From Phallusia mammillata (Eukaryota): a stretch of DNA of 64,000 nucleotides. The position numbers and the translations under genes were made by a program. The notes beneath the pieces were generated by a model. That model worked only from the letters and a program-made list of their open reading frames with translations. It searched no databases and was not told the DNA's origin. The DNA is taken from positions 10,850,001 to 10,914,000 of the forward strand of contig OZ281499.1 of the NCBI GenBank assembly GCA_965637545.1, read 5' to 3'. Shown piece after piece: positions 28,455 to 42,000 of the stretch (its first letter is position 1; every line of letters begins with the position of its first letter).

Positions 28455-29479
28455 CCCTAAATCCAACAGCGAATTGTAGTGTAAGCCCAACAAGGGTATG
28501 ATAAATATAAATATAAAAGTGCAAATAGATTAACAAACAAATTAAGTCTTTTAAAAGAAACTCAAGCATTGTCAATAAAGCAAAACTGTATTTCATGTTG
28601 TATTCCACATATTGTATTGTTCCATTAAATGGCACCACGGGCAATTAAGATTAAAACATCAAACGCGACTGCTATTGTTTTACACTTGCTACATGAATTT
28701 TGACAGGCGCTGAAAAGAATTTTGCAATTCTTTTCATGCGAAGAAGTGATTATCAACATACCTTCACGTTTTTTTGTTAAAGCTGCGCCTTAGGTACCCG
28801 TAGTCCTGATACAGTTATGCACAACTAACATGCGATTGTACTGGATGACCATACAGTGACCGACTAGTAGTCATATTCAACTATATACCACCGCCGGCAC
28901 CAACATGCTTGAACACATGCACATATCGCGCATTCTGTAGATGGTACTTAATGTAAGTAATGTAATATATAAATATCTGTAAACTTTTATGCTACATACA
29001 AGTATCTGTAATTGTGTTTGTGTGTGTGTCATTTATTTTTTTGAATTTTGTATTTCACTTCATTTTTGACAAGCACTTTTATTTTTATAACACGGGTGCT
29101 GTATGAACTAATAAAGTTACTAGTTGCATGCTAATGTCTGGTAGTTGCATAAACAGGAAGTGTTCCTTTGCATGTTTTTTGCGTACTTCAATATGTGCCT
29201 TTGTAAAACATAATCGTAATAGGGTAAGTCTCAGAGCTTACAAGTAGCCAAAAAAGCACAAAAGAAACCCAAAAGTTGCCCAGAAACAGGCAAAAAGTAG
29301 CCAAAAACGAAACCCCAAAATTCCACAAAAAGTAGACAAAAACTATAGGCTAAAACGACCACACAATGAAGTCTAAAATTTACCCAGAAAGCAGCACAAA
29401 AAGCTTTATCTCAGGCTCCCGATATGAGAACGCTGGCCTCCTAAAACCTCATTTTCCAGTCCTCCTGAAAGCTATTCAT

Positions 29480-29705
29480 ATACGCAGTCTTCTTTGCCTG
29501 CAATTTCTCGCAAAATTTGCATCGTCACTGCCTTTAAAAGCACCGACAAGAAGAAAATCGCTGGATTCCATTTTCTCACATCCTGTAGCTTTAACCGTCA
29601 ATTATTATTTCCTCGGCCAAGTGTTTTAACTCATCAATAACTGGGTTAACTTTAGGAATAACAGGGCAATATTAATTTCACGCGGCTTTCCGCTTCCATA
29701 AATAA
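29480..29705 (-). mobile_element. Possible degenerate DNA-transposon transposase remnant (CMC/EnSpm-like) in the palindrome spacer
   Basis: Minus-strand frames interrupted by stops and frameshifts give IYGSGKPREIN..., PVIDELKHLAEEIIIDG and CEK. These resemble motifs I recall from animal EnSpm-like transposases; no search was run. Confidence 0.3.
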
Positions 29706-31679
29706 AAAAAAGTTATTAGGTAGGTATCTGCGAGGCGGTTGTCCCTAAGGTCGGTATAAGCAGAGAAGTGAACAGCATGGGGTTTCTTAACTTGCTGTGT
29801 TCTGGAAATGTTTGGTGTGTGTAAGCAAAAATGTGTGAAAATGTTGTACCATATTAAGATTACGTTTTACGATGACACATATTGAAGTACGTAAAAAACA
29901 TGCAAAGGAATTATTAGTTCATACAGCACCCATAAAAGTGCTTGTCAACGTGAAGTGAAATACAAAATTTAAAAACTTAAATGACACTCACACAAACAAA
30001 CACAATATCAGATACTTGTATGTATCATAAAAGTTTACAGATTCATCACTATTATCATAAAAGTTTCATGTTACATCACTATTGTTTGGTACCATCTACA
30101 GAACGTGCATGTGTTAAAACGTGTTGGTGGTGCCATATAGTTGAATAATAAGGCTGTTACACAATTACTACGTCACACATGCTATGTGGCGCCCCAGTGT
30201 TCGTTTTGTAAACGGTGATACTCGATGTGGCAGGTGTATGCACGTGTAGTCGTGGTTGGTGCTCGTAAAAGACAGATGTGTTTTACTTGTCTAATTTTAT
30301 ATGCATGTTTTTATACTTTTAATAAACATTGCAGCAACAACTGCAGGTCTACACCGAACTACAAATGCATGTTACAAGGATACCTGTCGGTCACTGTGTG
30401 GTGATCCAGTACAATCGCATGTTAGTTGTGTATAACTGTATCTGGACTGCGGATGCCTAAGGGGCAGCTTTAACAAAAAACGTGCAGGTCTGTTGATGAT
30501 CATTTCTTCAAATGAAAAGATTTGTAAAATTCACATCAGTGGTTGTGAAATTTCGTGTAGCAAATGTAAAACAATAACAGTTGCGTTTGATGTTTTAATC
30601 TTAATTGCTTGTGGTGCCATTTAATGAAACAATACAATATGTGAGATACAACACGAAATACCGTTTTACCTTGTTGACAATGCCTGAGTGTCGTTTAAAC
30701 CGTAAGACAACACAAAGTGTTCGATAACGGCCATTGCATTGTAAAAATGACACTTAACCTGTTATGTGCCACTTAAACTTACCTTGTTAAGTGCCAGTTA
30801 AATAAATAGGACAATCGATGTTTTGCAAACTATTGCCGACATTTTGTAGAAAAGGGCACGTGTAATTCGTTCGTTAACTGGAAGAAAAAAAGGGGGCGTG
30901 GTGCCAAATTCGGCCAACAAAAGTTGACGTTTTTGCAAGCTGATATTAGCAGCAATTTGCTGTTTAGACTTGTAGTTAACTGTTTTTGAATCGTAGATAA
31001 GGCTCAGGACACTGCGTATGGGTCACTTTTTAGCTCTATACTGATCTGATCGAGTAATTTGATCTCAATAATTTTTGGGATAGCTAATCTGAATCATTCA
31101 TATCGGCTAGACATATCGCATAGTTTTGTTTAGAAATTAAACTGGTTTTTAGAGTTAGTTTGGTTCATTGTTTTAATTGTTGTTTCTTCTTTGCGATGTT
31201 TTAGTGCTAACGTTTGCAGTGAATAATTGCTCAAAACCAACATAAGCAACATATAACTTTAACAGCCATGACTCTTTTCAACGTCAGGTCTAGCATTTAT
31301 TGTTTGCTGATGCAGCCTGTTTTTCAACGGTCGCTGTTAACTCGGTGATCATATACATTCTGTCTACACGCATATTCTGCATTTTTGTCCATCCATTTAC
31401 CGCAGTGTGCATGCTGCATTCGTTGCTTACTCAAAAAAGGTAGATTAAAAAAATACGTAGAAGAGACAGCACCTTTCAGATTTCTTTTTTTACAGTATGA
31501 CAGCCTGTTGCAGAAACATTAGCGGTTGTAAAGCGATTGTTAGTCAAGCTATCAAACCGGAAGTTATAGCTCGTCATACGACGTTAAATCATTGAGACCA
31601 CGTGATATTATGACTACAAAGTATTGCCCGCAAAACGTATGTTTTGAAACCGCAAAAAAGATTTCAACGTAGTTTTGGG

Positions 31680-32189
31680 CAGTGTTTCATACCGGAACGG
31701 AACGAAACCAAATAACGTTATTCGTTCTGAGCAAATTATTTATTTCGTTATTACGTTCTGGACCGATATTTTCATTTCGTTCCGGTCTGACCGAAATAAA
31801 TTTATAACGGTATTTTTCGGTATTTCGGTCTTAACAAAAGAACATTTCTTTGTTGTCTTTACAACTATTAAGTGAAAAAAGAAAAAAAGTTGCAACATAC
31901 AAGAATTATTGTCGGTAGTTGTTACGTCACATAACATTTGTCAATGATGGTCAAACGGATGTAAATTGCAGGGGCTAATTTTTTATCGTAGCTTAACGGC
32001 GCGAAATTGTTAGCAATTGTTTCATGTCAAATGTCCAGAACGAAATACCGGAATAAAAAATAACGGTATTTCGTTCCGTTCCGGTATTTTGAATATTTTT
32101 TATTTCGATATTTCGTTCCGGTATTTGAGCCAAATTTTTTTTATTTCGTTCCGGTATAACGTTCCGTTCCGTTCCGGTATGAAACACTG
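31680..32189. mobile_element. hAT-type MITE with GTTCCG/CGGAAC subterminal repeats, right arm only
   Basis: TIR cagtgtttcataccggaacggaac / gttccgttccggtatgaaacactg and a perfect 8-bp TSD gttttggg. The empty site is in the left arm near 25730. Confidence 0.9.
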
Positions 32190-32386
32190 GTTTTGGGTGA
32201 TGGTCACATGTTTTTGAGCTAAATACAACAAATAAGGGCGCATTAATTAGTTTGAAACTTGGCCGCAACCTGCTTTTGTAGCAAATACTTGTTATTGTTG
32301 GCTGTTGTTAGGAGTAAAAAGAAGCATGTGCCTTTTGTTCGCTAGTGGCTGATGGTATTTTGTGGTCTATTGCTGTTCAATTAGAC

Positions 32387-32702
32387 CAGTGGTGGCCAAC
32401 CTATGGCGCATTGCATGATTAGAAAGGGCGCATTGCCTTCTTTTGATAATCATGAAAATTAAATTAATAAACTAATAAATAAATAAAGTAAACCAGCCCT
32501 ACTAATTATATATGTATATACATATATATATTCATGTTCTTATTTCTTATTACTATCCTTCTCAATCAAAAGTTGTTTCTTTCTCTTTCTCTCTACATAC
32601 AAGAAGTAGTCATAGAAGGTGGGGTTACGATACATTTATGGCGCATCCAACACAGTATGTTAAAAAGTTGGCGAATGGTATGTAGAAGGTTGGCCACCCC
32701 TG
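32387..32702. mobile_element. hAT-type MITE (same family as 28111-28454)
   Basis: TIR cagtggtggccaacc / ggttggccacccctg. The empty site is in the left arm near 25550; only a partial TSD (agac) is visible. Confidence 0.85.
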
Positions 32703-33084
32703 AGACGTTGCTAAACAACTAGTATTTGCAAACATCACTAATTCGCTGTTCTTGTTATGCATTGTCATTTGTTCCTCTTTGTGTTGATAAAATCCAAGCT
32801 ATGAGTTTGTTGTTTGTCAGAGGTTGCAACGTAGTAAACATATACATCGTAAAACCGTTGGTGCTTGTCAACAACGGTGATTTAACTTGTGAATAAAATT
32901 TTGGTAATTGCTTCGCGGTTAGTCTAACCACCAACATTTTTGAGATTTCAAAATAAGATCTGGACAAACGACCATTTGTAGTAATACTGTGCAATAAGCA
33001 GTTAACCATATTTTAACGTTTGTTTACACTATGTGCTTACCAGACACACGCTGTTAGGTTAGTAGGTGTGTTTATCGGATCGTC

Positions 33085-36000
33085 ATGGTAAGAACGGAAG
33101 TGAGCACTGATTGGCAGGCTATGTCACGTGATGTGCTAATGTTCTACGTAAATGGGAAAAAGGTTTGTTAAAATTAAGTTTTTTCTTTTGTAACTCAATA
33201 ATACTAAACTAGATTGATGTTGAATAGTCAAATCAACAAGCATTGTAACTGCTTATGATTATTAGATCGTCGAGGAGTCACCTGATCCGGAAACGACTCT
33301 ATTGACGTATTTGCGAGTAAAATGTAAGTTACTGTTAGAAATTGGTATTTTAGTTGTTTACATTTTCAATTCTTAACGTTAAGGTGTTCATGTAATTGAC
33401 GGGTTGAGGTGTACTTTTAAAATCAGACTGTAAAAATGAGTCGTGTTAAAAACATGCAGTGCGTCTTACGGGATCAAAGTTGGGATGTGGGGAAGGAGGA
33501 TGTGGAGCTTGCACTGTTATGATCTCAAAGTGGGATCCCATCAACAACAAAATTGTGTGAGTAGGAATGATCGTTATGCATCCGTACAACAGCCAACATG
33601 TTATCTTTTCAACAGACATTTTTTGGCAAACGCGTGTTTAGCTCCAGTGGTTTCAGTGCATGGATGTGCTGTTACTACAGTAGAGGGAATTGGCAGCAAC
33701 AAGACCAAGTTGCATGCAGTGCAGGTATTGTATGAACGTCATTTTTTACGTAATAAGTCGCTTTGCAATTATGGTCAAAATTTCAGGAGCGCTTCGCCAA
33801 ATTTCATGGATCCCAATGTGGTTTTCTGCACCCCCGGTATTGTGATGTCAATGTACGCATTGTTACGAAACAAACCAGTTCCAAGTGTTGAAGATATCAA
33901 AGAGTGTTTGCAAGGAAATCTATGTCGATGCACTGGATACAGACCTATATTAAGTGGTATGTCTGAGAAAATGTCTGTCATGTTTAATGTACATATTTAC
34001 AAACACCCGTATGCTAAAAACCGTGTTGCCATGTCTGGAGAAAAACATCAGTAAATATCAGACGGTCAGCAAATTCGGTATTTTATGTTTCAGCTTTTAA
34101 TACATTTCTCGATTCAACGGCTGGATGCCCGATGGGAGCTAAATGCTGCAAAAACAAACCAATTCAAAATGGTAATGACTGTAGGCACAGATTGTGTACA
34201 AAGTACACTATTTGCTGCTCGTGTTTTATAGGCTTTCCAGAAACATCTGACACACATTTATTGAGAAATGATGATCCCCATGCATCCCAGTCAGTTTGTT
34301 TCAGCAAATATGACCCTACACAGGAAATCGTGTTTCCACCAGATCTGTTGGTATATTTTATAATTAAACTACGGGAGTTGTATTTTTGATTTGTTCCTCA
34401 TTGCAATATAGGGTGGGAAATAATCCCAATTAAGGTAATTTGCACCGATCAATCACTGTCTTTATTCCAGACCAGGCTCGTCGGGCTTGAATCAAACAAC
34501 TTCAGATGTCGGTTCAGTTCGGATAAACTAAGATTAACAGGTAAAACCATTCAAGAATTTTTTGATACACTGCACAGAGTTCGTAAAAAGCAAGGGCGAT
34601 AAACACAACAACTGAATAGCTCCTAATAGCGTTTGTGTCAGCTAATTTGAATAGTATAAATCCAAAAACAGACAGATTTGTACATGTGCGCTGCTTTTAT
34701 GGTAGTAGTAAATCATGTTTCAGTTACATCGTTTTTAACAAGTATCCGGAAATGAACTAGAAAATCACTTGGCGTGCTAAGAATAATCACCTGTTAGCAG
34801 TTGTCAACCTCTGTTATAATGTTATAAGTAGTGGTGCATATAATGCATTGTAATAAGTAGATAACTTTAAGCAGTTGTTACAAACTAAGCATTTTGTTCC
34901 ATCTATGTGCAAAATGTTTGTACTCGTTTTAATCATCTATTCGTCTGTTTCTTTGCAAACAGTGATTTACCGACCTTTTTACCATTGTTTATCTTCAGAT
35001 AGAATCCAAATCTGAAGACCCCAAAACACTAAAATTGGTCGGAGAACGCGTCACGTGGTTTCGACCAACGTCACTTCAACAGTTGGTCGAGTTGAAATCC
35101 ATTTACCCTGATGCTCAGTTGGTGAATGGAAACGCTGAAATCGGGGTGGAAGCAAATGTTCGGGGGCGATATTTCAAACATATTATTACTCCCATTGACG
35201 TGAAAGAGTTAAAAACAATATCTGCAGACGACAAAGGTAAACTCCAGAGCTTTATTGGTGGACATTGTAATTATTGTAAACCAGTATAAGGGCTTCACAG
35301 CCGTTTAACAGGTCTATGCACAGTTTTGGTTTCTAACAAGTAAACATGTCATTCTGCTTCATAACTTTCATTTTTGCTTCAGTTTTTATGAAAATAGTAA
35401 TCTTGAGCCCGCACTTTAAACAAACCCGCTCACCAATTACCGTTTAATTTGTACAGGAGTCGAAATTGGAGCATCATGTACGATCAGCAAAGTTAAAGAA
35501 GAACTTCAGAGCTTCATTGACTCTAAAAGGTTTGCAAAGTATCAAACACAATGTCTGGAATCTCTAGTTGAAATGATCTACTGGTTTGCTGGTGATCAAA
35601 TCCGAAACGTTGCGGTAAGACAATGCGATTTTATGTTTCAAAAAGTTTCATTCAATAATAAGAATATCCAAATAAATGCGTTACGCAGGTTACAAACAAG
35701 CAGTTCCACTACAGACTTCTCTGCCTAAACTTACTCAATTCTGATAAAATTCTGACATTCTTCTATTAAACGCAGGCGTTCGGAGGCAACATAATGACAG
35801 CAAGTCCCATCTCTGATCTCAATCCAATCCTCATGGCAAACGAAAGTATTGCTACATTCAGATTACATTCTCGTGCTAAAGATCGACAGGTTTTGATGGA
35901 TCAAAGTTTCTTCCCCAAATACAGGACGACATGTGCAGAGAGGGCGAAGTTCTTATTTCTGTTTTTCTTCCGTTTAACACCAAGGTAGTGCACCAAACAA

Positions 36001-39000
36001 AATAATACTAAGTGCAATGTTTTAAATTAGTTACAATTAGGACGAGTACATGAAAGCTTACAAGCAATCCAAACGACGGGAAGACGATATTGCTATCGTG
36101 AACTCAGCCATGCGTGTCGTCTTTCATCCTGGAACTTGCAAAGTGCTTAAATTTGTGGCCGCATTTGGTGGAATGGGTGCTACTTCAGTTATGCCGAAAA
36201 AGACCATGCAAAGCATAATTGGAAAGTAAGTGCCTTTCTTTGATATTGGTGTAAGTTGTGTCTTTTGCACATGTGCTTTTTATGTAGAGAATGGAATGAA
36301 ACACTGATGAAAGATGTTGTGATTTGGTTGCGAGAAGATCTTCCGTTGGCTCTGGATGCTCCAGGAGGAATGGTGAAATACAGAGAAGCTCTTGCAGCAA
36401 GTTTTTTCTTAAAATTCTTTCTGCATGTCCAGAGCAATCTCGTCGAGAAACGACTGATGACTGTAAGTGATTACCGCAATGTTTTTAATGAACACTTTAA
36501 ATATTTCACTTTATTCGTTGCAAAATTAACTATTTTTCCTCTTCAGAGCTTTTAATGTGTATTTTTCCGAACATTATTCGACTATGTTGTATATTTTAAG
36601 CCTACAGATGATTTGAAGCTTCAAAATTTCACAGCGTTTAAACCGACGGATGCAATTCACATTCCAATGAGCACAAGGACTTGACAAGATGTGAGTGAAA
36701 TAAAAACATACTTCAGTAATTAGCAACTACGTATCTCTTTGATCCCATACACTTCAAAATCAAACGGTTTGGTCTTTGGCAAATTAAAAACAATCACTGT
36801 TTTTAACAAAAAATAATCTTAAAATAAATTTTCTCTTATTTTTAACGAAGTTATTTGTACAGAGCATTTCTTTAAAAAACGTGATGATCTTTTTCTGGAT
36901 CAGCTAAAAATCTTTTACACCCACTTGAACATACATTTACTATAATTAAAAAAATGATTTACTCAACAAATGCTTTGAATTAAAAACTCAGTACAATTGC
37001 TTTTGTTTTGTAGACCACCGATGGGCAACCGCATGATGACATGGTTGGTCGACCAATCCAACATGTGTCTGGCTACAAGCATACAACTGGTGAAGCTGTA
37101 TATGTTGACGACATTTCAACATTTTCAGGTTGGTTTATAAAGCCTAGCATCAATCCGAAGTTGACCTGCAATATTTAAAGCTGTTTGCAGATGAGTTGTA
37201 CTTGTGCTTGGTTACAAGTACCCGACCACATGCTTACATTAAAAACGTCGACATCGGGAAAGCAATGGCGTGCAAAGGGTTTGTGACGTATGTAGACCAT
37301 CGTGATGTACCTGGTAGCAACGAATTGCCGATTGTAGGCGAACTGTGCGAGGTGTTTGCAACCAGGAAGGTAAACCTAAAATGGTAGACATGTAAAAAGT
37401 ATGATACGAGCAGAAAAGGTTTGTAACCTCAGGTTACGTGCATTGGACAAACCATTGGAGCAGTTGTAGCTGAATCCCAAGCACAAGCTCAAAGAGCTGC
37501 TCAGATAGTCCAAATCGACTACGAGGATATATCACCTGTTATTATCACGATTGAAGTAAAATTATCCTGAAACAAACATGCTTGTTTGTAACACATGTTT
37601 TGGAAAACTAATATTTTTTTTATATAATTCTTTGAAGGATGCTATGCATCATCAGTCCTACTTTGACATCTCCAAAAAAATAGTTCATGGTAACGCAATC
37701 ACTGCCATGGCAACGTGTGATCACGTGATCGAGGGAGAAGTCAGGTTAGGTGTAAAATGAAATCGGTAGCTGATGATGATTTGTACGTTTACGTTTTTGT
37801 CGATAAATTCACAGAATAGAAGGTCAAGAACATTTCTACCTGGAGACACAAGCGTGCATCGCAGTCCCGAAAACCGAAAAAGGAGAAATGGAAATGTTCT
37901 GTTCAACTCAAGATCCATCCCTGCTACAATGCACGGTATTGTGTTGCGTGTGTAATATCACTAGAAAGGTGGCGTTCTAACATACATCCATTTTAAATAA
38001 TCTATATCCTATTTACCAATTTACTAAACACATCATTTGATGTACACGTATGATTGTTTTTTTTTAACAAAAACGAAAATATCGTTTGTAACTGAGGTTG
38101 CAATACCTACAAGTTGACCTTTAGTGACCTGCGGTCATGACGCGGCCCAGCTGACAACGAGAATTTAAAGACCATTTATCGCGGCTGTCGAAAAAGTCAA
38201 GTTTATTTTTTTCATCTTTATGTTGATCAACAAAGTTTTGCTTGACATATACGAAATCGAAGCACGTTTATCGAGTTTTAATCACGCCCTAAACCTTCGG
38301 CAAAACTTGAAATGAGCGTGTAACTTAATAAAACGACATGGCATTGCTGCGCAAATACAGCTGATTTATAATCGCCGAAATGACTGTCTCGTAAAACGTC
38401 TGTCCGGACGTCAAGCTGAGCTATCCCGCTTTGCATAATTGCAAACCAGTGAGTTCGCCCTCTGGCCTTCTGTCTGACTGACAGTGTACACATATTATGG
38501 GCTGTAAGGGTAACCATTTGGTCGATTAGGGCAAAATTTTAAAAACTAAACACGTAACCTACTCTACTGCAAACGATTGTTAAAATTTCAGCATATTAGG
38601 GCTTGCATTTCTGGCATAAAACCAAAGCCGATTATTTCGGGGTTTAAGGGGTGAAAATGGGTGAATCCAATAAAAAGTTAGAAAATCCTTTAGAATACCT
38701 TACATTGCACCAACCAACAAACAATGAAACTGCTAGACTATGTACTTTAGCCAGTAGAGCCGTTTTAAAAGAAATATGTTCTGGGAGCCTTTGGATGGAC
38801 CACTAGGTTATTCGGGGCCAAACTTCAGTTGGATTAAATTTGAAATAATATCTAACAACTGTGTAAATTTGAATAAATTTAAATTCTTGACCAAACGCGT
38901 ATAGCAAACCAGCGTTAGACAGTAACGAGTACTTGGGGGTTTAATGGGTGAAAATGGGTAAATCCTATTAAAAGTTACAAAATTCGTTGAAATACCTTAC

Positions 39001-42000
39001 ATTGCACCAACCATTGACGCATGAAACTACTAGATTATGTACTTTAGTCAGTACGGCTATTTCAATATTTACGTTTGGGGGGTCTGTGAATGAACCACTG
39101 GGTATTTTGGGGTGAAACTTCAGTAGGATCAAATTTTGATTCATATCTAACATCTATGTAAATTTAAATAAATTTAAAGCATTCTTTTTTGACCAAACGC
39201 GTTTAACAAACCAGCGTTAGACAGAAAAAAAGAAAAAGAAAAAGACGAAAAAAAACGGACAAAAACAATATGCGTCCTCTGCATAAAAGGGGACCCATAA
39301 TACAGACGGGGTTGGCAAAATGTTTCAAGGAATTTCATGTTGAAATATTGATGTGTAATTTCTCACAGACGGCTACATTGCTTGGTGTAGAAGCAAACAA
39401 AGTGGTAAGTAGAGTGAAAAGGATGGGAGGAGCATTCGGAGGCAAGGAAACTCGGTTTCTCGTTGTCAGTAATCCTGTTGCAGTTGCGGCACATAAGTAG
39501 GTTATTAAAAAAAAGATGACATACCGATGCATTGATAAGATTAACATTACAAATCAACTCAAGATGTGGCAAAACAGTGAGATGTATGTTGAGCAGAAAG
39601 GAGGACATGATTATCACTGGAGGGCGCCAACCGCTTTTAGCCAAGTACAAGGTAAGTTCAAGGCTAGTCTTAAATTTAGACCATTAAAAAGTTTGAAAAT
39701 TTGGCCTCTTGAAATATATGAGTTGTTAGTCATCTTTTCATATTTACGAGCCAATACAGTGCACAAGGAGCTAAACTGGCTAACATGATATATAGTAGTT
39801 CAGAGATTTTGCTGTGTTTTATTACGATTCACTTGCATTTTTTTACAGGTTGGATTTATGAAAGACCGCAAACTTATGGCTTTAATTCTCGACCTGTATG
39901 GCAACGGTGGTAACACACTTGATGTTTCAGGATATATACTGGCCAAGGCAGTTTTACACAGCGACAATTGTTATAAGTAAAAAAATAATTATAATAAACA
40001 CAGTCAAAAATGCCTCAATTTACAGAAGGAATCTGTGTCATGAGATAGTTAAAAATTAGTATGAACTACAAATTTCACATTCCTTTTTGTATTAATGCAC
40101 GCAACTTGAAAGTAGCGGAAAGTTAGTCGCCAGAATGGTAATAAAAAAAATATGAGTTTTGGTTCTTTTGACATCTTTCTACTTTTTCTCAGTGACTTTG
40201 AAAATATAGACAAAACTGTAATTGAAATGTGATTTTGTTTTGTCGAGTGATTTTAAAAGTCAAGGCATCAAAGTAGTGTTTAATTGTTTTCAGTTGAGGG
40301 ATTTAAATATGTACAAGGAGGGAGACGTGACACATTTCAACCCAAAAATTGAATCATTTCAAGCCAAAAGATGCTGGGAAGAAGTAATTGAGAAATCAAA
40401 GATGGTGCAGAGAAAAAAAAAATGCGCAATTTAACAAACAAAGCAGGTCAGCTTGATCTGTAATATTGAAAGCAAATATAAGCTGAATAAGAAGTCAAGT
40501 CGTATACCTGCTTCAGGTAAAAACACTCAGTACTATATAACATGCGAGAAAAGTACATTGTGATATTAGATGGCGCAAAAAGGGCATTGCTTGTGTTCCG
40601 ACGAAATATGCAATAGGTTTCCCTTACAACTGGTGTCATGGTGGTGCATTAGTTCACGTTTACACTGACGGTTCGGTTTATCTATCACAAGGAGGAACTG
40701 AAATGGGACAAGGATTACATACTAAGATGTTGCAGGTAGTTTGAAAAATTAAACAGCATTTTCATAGTTACGATTATTATTTGTAAACGTTTTAACAATC
40801 GCTGTTTACCATTTAAAAAAATAACCACATAAGACACCACAACAGACTCCAGTTTGCTTACAAAACAGGTGGCGGGAAGGTGCCTTGGTGTTCCTTTATC
40901 GCGAATTCACATTTGTGAGACAAGTACAGCTACTGTTCCGAACACAAGATCGACAGCAGCAAGTTTCAGCACAGATCTTAACGGGATGGCAGTGAAAGTT
41001 AGTTTTTTTAGTGCCTGATTTTTGCACCAAATTCTCAAATCGACACTTTTATGTAAGTCAAAAAATTAAATACCCATCATTTTAGGATGCGTGTGACACG
41101 ATAAAGGAAAGACTAAATCCGCTGAGAAAACAAAATCCTAACTTGGAGTGGAACGATTTGATTACAAAAGCTTACAACGAACGAATCTGCCTCTCTGCCA
41201 CTGGTTATCACAAGTGAGAAAACTAAACTTAAATTTGACATAGTGACTAAAACATTTCGAAAAGAGCCAATCGTTAACATTCGTAATAGTCATTTTGCAA
41301 CAAGTTTGGTATATTTAGTAATATTCTTAAAACGGCATGTTGCGAATAATTCACAAAAAAATCCGTCGTAACAGAAACGGTTAGTTTGTACACAATATGT
41401 TTTATTGAGGACACCCGGAATGTTTTCCGCATGGGATGCTGAAACAGGTATAGTCGAAGGTCGTACTGCTTGCTATTTTTCGTACGGTGCAGCTGTGTCC
41501 GAAGTCGAGGTGGACTGCGCTTGACCGGTGATCACGTGGTCCTTCAAACTGATATTGTGATGGACGTCGGAAGAAGTATTAACCCTGCTATCGATATTGG
41601 ACAGGTTTGCAAAATGCCTTAGGTGAAGGTAGCGAAACCGTTACACATTTACAACTAACTTAATTGTAAAAAGCATGCATCCCGGAAAGGTATACCATTA
41701 TATATGTGGACGTATTTTGTCCACAGATATTACTTAGTTTGATATTCAAAACTGTATAGCACGATAAAGGAAAAATGAAACCAAAAAGCAATTTTATTAA
41801 ACTTGATGTGATAGGTCTTTGTTCTGTTGCAGATTGAAGGGGCTTTTGTTCAGGGTTATGGGTTGTTTACTATGGAGGAGCTCTTGCACACCCTTGGTGG
41901 TCAAGCCATTACGTCTGGACCCGGTGTGTATAAAATTCCTGGTTTCGGAGATTGTCCACGGAATTTCAATGTGCACCTTTTAAGAAACGCAGAGAATGAC

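Larger units (their letters stand above)
3500..29221. repeat. Left arm of a large diverged inverted segmental duplication
   Basis: Reverse-complement homology to 29851-52800 in genes, introns and intergenic DNA: 26450-26700 vs 30715-30960, 28550-29221 vs 29851-30690, 16070-16330 vs 42555-42800, ~3820-3850 vs ~52670-52700. The outer boundary is approximate. Confidence 0.85.
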
